A stretch of DNA of 64,000 nucleotides, taken from the NCBI GenBank assembly GCA_964478285.1, contig CAYZHE010000011.1:4226-68225 (forward strand). The letters are read 5' to 3'. Source of the DNA: an uncultured Burkholderiaceae bacterium. Lineage in GTDB: Bacteria; Pseudomonadota; Gammaproteobacteria; Burkholderiales; Burkholderiaceae_C. A program made the translations under genes and the position numbers. Below are positions 59,323-64,000 of the stretch, piece after piece (position 1 is the stretch's first letter; each line of letters starts with the position of its first letter). The notes below the pieces were generated by a model. It made no database searches and was not told the origin of the DNA. It saw nothing but the letters and a program-made list of their open reading frames with translations.

Positions 59323-61482
59323 TTAAGCGCTCAACCGTGATAAATCTGCCACTTGATTCATCGCCGCATGCAAAGTCGCGAGCAGGCCCAAACGATTCGC
59401 TTTCAGCTCAGGGTCGTCTGCATTGACCATCACATCTGCAAAGAAGGCGTCCACGGGCTCTCGAAGAATAGCCAGAGCCTTCAATGCTGCTTGGTAATCA
59501 CCTTGATCGACATAGCCTTGAGACTCAGTTAACGCAGGTCCCATGGCGCGAAATAAGCTCACCTCAGCGGCATCTTTGAGGAGTGTCTCCTTGACGTCGG
59601 CCTGCACGCCGTCTGCCTTTTTAAGTATGTTGGAGATGCGCTTATTGGCCGCAGCCAACGAAGCAGCCTCTGGCATGAGAGCAAAAGCCCGGACAGCTTG
59701 TAAACGCGACGGGATATCTGCCAAACACTGGATGTTGAGTGACAACACAGCCTCGACCTCTTGAGAGGAGTACCCTTGCTCTTTCAAACTACCTGCCAAG
59801 CGATCCATCACAAAATCGTTCAGCGGCTCCAGTGAGTGGGTGAGCAAATCGCCAAAGGTCTTCGCTGCATCGCTGATGAGCGCATTGAGCTGCAAATCAA
59901 GCTTGTTTTCCGTTAACAGCCGAATCACCCCCAGTGCATGGCGACGCAGAGCGAATGGATCCTTCACACCGGTTGGTAAGTTGCCAATGCCAAACATGCC
60001 CACCAGGGTTTCCAGCTTGTCCGCAAGCGCCAGCAGCGTACCGGTGTGATTGCGAGGCAAAGCGTCGCCGGCGAATCGAGGTTTGTAGTGGTCTTCAATT
60101 GCAATTGCAACGCCGTCGCGCAATCCTTCATGGCGAGCATAGTAGCCCCCCATGATGCCCTGCAATTCCGGGAACTCGCCCACCATATCTGTGAGGAGAT
60201 CAGTTTTTGCCAAGCGTGCTGCCTCTTGAACCTTTGAGTCCAACACATCAAATTCGTCTTTGGCGGCGACCGTGAAAGGAACTTGTGCTTGGCGCAGCTG
60301 ATTGATGATCGCGTGTCCAATCTGCCGAACTCGCTCGCTGCGCTCTCCTTGCGTGCCCAGCTTGTTGTGATAGACCACTTTGCCCAGCCCTTCGGCTCGA
60401 GAGGCGAGGGTCTTTTTTCGATCTTGGTCAAAGAAAAATTTGGCATCAGCCAAGCGCGGTCTCACGACGCGCTCATTGCCCTGCACCACGGCGCTCGAAT
60501 CCGTGGGTGAAATGTTACTGACCACCAAAAATCGATGTGTCAGTTTCCCTTGCGCATCTAACAATGGAAAGTACTTCTGATTGGCCTTCATTGTGAGAAT
60601 CAGGCACTCCTGGGGGACTTGGAGAAACTCAGGTTCAAAAGCACAGGCGACAACATTAGGCCGCTCAACCAAGGCTGTGACCTCATCCAGCAAATCCTCA
60701 TCATGGATCGGCTTGACACCCCCTCCTACTTGCGCAGCAGCGGCTTGAAGCTGCTCCAGAATCAAGGCGCGGCGGGTCTCAAATGATGCGACCACGGCGC
60801 CCTCTTGAAGCAACAAGTTCTCATACTGATCGGCGTGCGGGACATGAAGCGAGGTCTGCTTGGCTTCAAACCGATGGCCAATGGTCGTTCGCCCGGCTTC
60901 AAGCCCCAACGCCCGCACAGGAACCACTTCAGCCCCGTGTAACGCAATCAAAGAGTGAACAGGCCTGACGAACTTGACACTGTCCCAACCTGGCAATGCG
61001 CAGCCCTGCTGCAGCTGATACGTCATCACCTTGGGGATCGGTAGGCCAGCGATGGTCTCATCGAGCGCCTTTTGTAGCCCTTCGACCAACGACACTCCTG
61101 CCACATCTCTTTCATAAACCAGCACCTCGTTTTTCCCATCTTGGAGCCGCTGGAGTATAGGTACAGCTGAGAGATCTAAGCCCAAGCTGGTCAGTCTTTT
61201 GAGCAATGCAGGAGTGGCTTGCCCATTGGCGTCAAGCGCCACCGAAACCGGCATCAGCTTTTGGCTTTGCCGCGAATGAGGGGCCAGTGCTTGCACGCTT
61301 TCGACCCATACGGCCAAACGGCGCGGAGACGCGTAACCACGGTGTTGCGCCGTTTCATTTGCAAGGCCTTGTCGCTGGAGGCTATTCAACACCTGTTGCG
61401 CAAATGCTTCGCCCAAGTTTTTCAATGCCTTGGGTGGCAACTCTTCAACCAGCAACTCAACCAATAGGTTTTGTGAATTCAT
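59323..61482 (-). CDS. glyS: Glycine--tRNA ligase beta subunit
   Basis: LLVELLVEELPPKAL at the N-terminus and full-length GlyS similarity support the call. ATG is at 61482. Confidence 0.95.
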   Translation of the reverse strand: MNSQNLLVELLVEELPPKALKNLGEAFAQQVLNSLQRQGLANETAQHRGYASPRRLAVWVESVQALAPHSRQSQKLMPVSVALDANGQATPALLKRLTSLGLDLSAVPILQRLQDGKNEVLVYERDVAGVSLVEGLQKALDETIAGLPIPKVMTYQLQQGCALPGWDSVKFVRPVHSLIALHGAEVVPVRALGLEAGRTTIGHRFEAKQTSLHVPHADQYENLLLQEGAVVASFETRRALILEQLQAAAAQVGGGVKPIHDEDLLDEVTALVERPNVVACAFEPEFLQVPQECLILTMKANQKYFPLLDAQGKLTHRFLVVSNISPTDSSAVVQGNERVVRPRLADAKFFFDQDRKKTLASRAEGLGKVVYHNKLGTQGERSERVRQIGHAIINQLRQAQVPFTVAAKDEFDVLDSKVQEAARLAKTDLLTDMVGEFPELQGIMGGYYARHEGLRDGVAIAIEDHYKPRFAGDALPRNHTGTLLALADKLETLVGMFGIGNLPTGVKDPFALRRHALGVIRLLTENKLDLQLNALISDAAKTFGDLLTHSLEPLNDFVMDRLAGSLKEQGYSSQEVEAVLSLNIQCLADIPSRLQAVRAFALMPEAASLAAANKRISNILKKADGVQADVKETLLKDAAEVSLFRAMGPALTESQGYVDQGDYQAALKALAILREPVDAFFADVMVNADDPELKANRLGLLATLHAAMNQVADLSRLSA

Positions 61483-61505
61483 GTTCTGTCCTGTCGGTCT
61501 TGGCA

Positions 61506-62411
61506 TCAAGCAGCTTTGGGCTGCATTTGCGCAACCCACTCTTTGGGGGCCATGGGGAACCCCAGGCGCTCACGGCTCTCGTAGTAGCTTTGGGCCACAG
61601 ACCTCGCCAAATTGCGAATGCGACCGATGAAGGCAGCGCGCTCGGTCACGGAAATCGCACCTCGCGCGTCCAGCAGGTTGAAAGTGTGGGCAGCCTTGAG
61701 TACCTGCTCATAGGCGGGCAATGCCAGTTGCTGAGTCATCAAATGCTGGGCCTGGCGTTCATGGGCATCGAATGCTTGGAAAAGGAAGTCCACATCGCTG
61801 TGTTCGAAGTTATAGGCCGACTGCTCTTGCTCGTTTTGCAGGTACACGTCTCCATAGGTCAAATCTTCGGTCCACTTCAAATCGTAAACGTTCTCCACGC
61901 CTTGAAGGTACATCGCCAGCCGCTCAAGCCCATAGGTGATCTCGCCGGTCGCTGGGCGGCAATCAATACCGCCCACTTGTTGGAAGTACGTGAACTGAGT
62001 CACTTCCATGCCATTGAGCCAAACCTCCCACCCTAAACCCCACGCGCCGAGGGTTGGATTTTCCCAGTCATCCTCGACGAAGCGCACATCGTTTTTTTTC
62101 AAATCAAAGCCCAGTGCTTCGAGGCTACCCAGATACAGATCCAAAATATTGGCGGGTGCTGGCTTGAGAACCACCTGAAACTGGTAATAGTGCTGGAGAC
62201 GGTTGGGGTTCTGGCCATATCGACCATCTTTGGGTCGGCGGCTTGGCTGAACGTAAGCCGCTTTCCAAGGCTCAGGCCCAATCGCCCTCAGAAATGTGGC
62301 GGTATGGCTGGTTCCAGCGCCCACTTCCATATCGTAAGGCTGCAGCAAAGCACAACCCTGTTGGTCCCAATAGGACTGGAGTTTCAAAATGATTTGTTGG
62401 AATGTCAACAT
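61506..62411 (-). CDS. glyQ: Glycine--tRNA ligase alpha subunit
   Basis: [49 protein letters not shown] is a canonical GlyQ sequence. Confidence 0.95.
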   Translation of the reverse strand: MLTFQQIILKLQSYWDQQGCALLQPYDMEVGAGTSHTATFLRAIGPEPWKAAYVQPSRRPKDGRYGQNPNRLQHYYQFQVVLKPAPANILDLYLGSLEALGFDLKKNDVRFVEDDWENPTLGAWGLGWEVWLNGMEVTQFTYFQQVGGIDCRPATGEITYGLERLAMYLQGVENVYDLKWTEDLTYGDVYLQNEQEQSAYNFEHSDVDFLFQAFDAHERQAQHLMTQQLALPAYEQVLKAAHTFNLLDARGAISVTERAAFIGRIRNLARSVAQSYYESRERLGFPMAPKEWVAQMQPKAA

Positions 62412-62457
62412 ATTGATTTGCTTGCGCCGTAAGGCCCCGTAAGGCCAATTGATTAGC

Positions 62458-64000
62458 CTAGATTCTACGGGCAGCGCGGTCGCGCGCGCGGTGGCGCCAC
62501 TCGACAAGGCCCAGCACCCACAACGCGATGATGACCCATGGCCAATGGCCCCATCGACCTGCCCATCTCACATAGGGCGTTAAGCCCTCGCGACCCTCAA
62601 CCTCCCCCTCGAGGACTCCCCGCTCAAAAGCAGGCAACAACGCATCAACCTGCCCAAGGTGATTGATGATGGCCGTAGCCCCAGAGTTGGTGGCTCTCAC
62701 TGTCGCCCGTCCAAGTTCGCGCGCGCGCCAACGAGCGATATTCAGGTGCTGCGGGACGGCAACGGTATCTCCAAACCAAGCAATGTTGCTCAAATTGACC
62801 CACACGTTCGGATGCGTTTGCCACATCCGCTCAGCCAACTCGTCGCCAAACAAGTCTTCGTAACAGATGTTGATGCCCCACCGCAGATCATTCCACTGAG
62901 GTGCCACTTGATTCAAACCACCGGATGAGAACCCATTCAGTGGTAATCCAAGCACCTCAGTCCACCAACCAAACAAGGCGGGGGTATATTCGCCGAATGG
63001 CACCAAGTGCGTTTTCGCATACCTTTGCGACGCCGGCAATGACGGAAGCTGCCCCCCTCTTTCCAATAATCGCTCCGCATCCTCTGGGCGGACAAACCAA
63101 GCAGCGTTGTAGTACCGGCTTTCCTTTGATCCTATTGGCAAGCCAAATATGACGGCGTGTTCACTGGAAGCGATGCGAGCCCACATGTTTGACCAATACC
63201 CCTGCTCTACGTTCTGGGGCAACCAAGGAATGGCAGTCTCGGGTGCGATGGTGATGCCGCGCCTTGATCGAGTTAATTCAGCTCCGTACCAAGACAGCGC
63301 CTCGGGAATGCCCTTTTGTTCTTCAAATTTGTGAGTGGGATTGATATTGCCTTGGAGGAGTGTGACCGGCACTCGATGCATCGCAGCCGTTTGACTGAGA
63401 TCTACATCTGACCAACGCAACGACGGATGGATGATCACACAAGCAGCTGCAACGACAAACACAGCGCGCAGACTACCTTTCCCAGACCATGGCATGACGG
63501 CGAACCAAGCGGCCATGAGAGCTACCAGCGCACCAACGCCCAAGCTTCCCAAAATCGGGGCTAGAAACCCAAGACCATCGACGTGCGCAACCGCTGCGCT
63601 GCCCCAAGGGAAGCCACCCAACCACGTCGCGCGGGCCCACTCAGCCAAGACACATGCTGCGGCCCAAGCCCAGGGGGCTCGCCAAGCGATGAACGCATTG
63701 CTGCGGTGTAACCACATCGCCAAGATGGCGAGATAGAGCGCGAGGAATGCGTTCAGCAGCAAAACGGCTATCACTGCGGCGATCATTGGGGCTTGACCGT
63801 AGGTCGCCATGGAGATGTAAAGCCACCAGGTGGTGCTCACACCTTGCGCCGTTCCACACAACCAAGCCCAGAATCCCGCTTGGAGCGGACGCTCAGCCCA
63901 CGTGAGCACCTTGACCATCAATGCCATCCCCGCAAATTGCAGGTATGGCTGCGGCGCCCCGTAAATCAACCCAATCTTGGTGTGCCATGTCACGTCGTCC
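62458..64000 (-). CDS. lnt: Apolipoprotein N-acyltransferase; the N-terminus is probably beyond the right window edge
   Basis: It has a polytopic N-terminal half and a CN-hydrolase domain with [11 protein letters not shown]. The reading frame is still open at position 64000. Confidence 0.85.
   Translation of the reverse strand, partial: DDVTWHTKIGLIYGAPQPYLQFAGMALMVKVLTWAERPLQAGFWAWLCGTAQGVSTTWWLYISMATYGQAPMIAAVIAVLLLNAFLALYLAILAMWLHRSNAFIAWRAPWAWAAACVLAEWARATWLGGFPWGSAAVAHVDGLGFLAPILGSLGVGALVALMAAWFAVMPWSGKGSLRAVFVVAAACVIIHPSLRWSDVDLSQTAAMHRVPVTLLQGNINPTHKFEEQKGIPEALSWYGAELTRSRRGITIAPETAIPWLPQNVEQGYWSNMWARIASSEHAVIFGLPIGSKESRYYNAAWFVRPEDAERLLERGGQLPSLPASQRYAKTHLVPFGEYTPALFGWWTEVLGLPLNGFSSGGLNQVAPQWNDLRWGINICYEDLFGDELAERMWQTHPNVWVNLSNIAWFGDTVAVPQHLNIARWRARELGRATVRATNSGATAIINHLGQVDALLPAFERGVLEGEVEGREGLTPYVRWAGRWGHWPWVIIALWVLGLVEWRHRARDRAARRI

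Noticed and set aside
1-64000. A search for CRISPR repeats, IS elements or transposases, integrases, phage genes, tRNA/rRNA genes and long direct repeats
   Set aside because: None was found by eye. All sizeable ORFs are accounted for by housekeeping or metabolic genes, and intergenic regions are short (mostly under 180 nt) with no repeated spacer-repeat pattern.

Overview
This window looks like a chromosomal core region of a high-GC betaproteobacterium. The gene order resembles Burkholderiales/Comamonadaceae (glyQS-gmhB-plsC, tyrS / M23 peptidase / anmK, erpA, rplM-rpsI, argS-SPOR-dsbA, lptA-lptB-rpoN); the taxon is my inference. I call about 63 protein-coding genes and found no rRNA, tRNA, CRISPR array, transposase or integrase. 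Most content is housekeeping or catabolic: uvrA (partial), ssb, argS, tyrS, glyQS, rpoN, ribosomal proteins, the paaABCDE phenylacetyl-CoA epoxidase, and a methionine/SAH block (ahcY-metF-metY) behind an SAH riboswitch. A leucine-catabolism (liu) cluster is split by inserted genes that include aceK and a carbonic anhydrase. The most unusual feature is one minus-strand ORF of about 5.7 kb (32434..38154). It encodes two complete but non-identical UvrA modules fused in one polypeptide, giving four ABC ATPase sites. The two modules have lost different parts: the N module lacks three of four Zn-module-1 ligands, and the C module lacks most of the insertion domain. This gene is an addition to the canonical uvrA at the left edge. 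It sits next to an MFS transporter, an SRPBCC/GyrI-like fusion protein and a small tail-anchored protein. Other points worth a second look are an antitoxin-less PIN gene translationally coupled to a THUMP RNA methyltransferase, a bactofilin operon near an M23 peptidase, a 13+13 bp perfect palindrome at the paa promoter, and an ACGT-rich palindrome at the liuR promoter. Every call comes from reading the ORF translations and sequence by eye. No database search was run.
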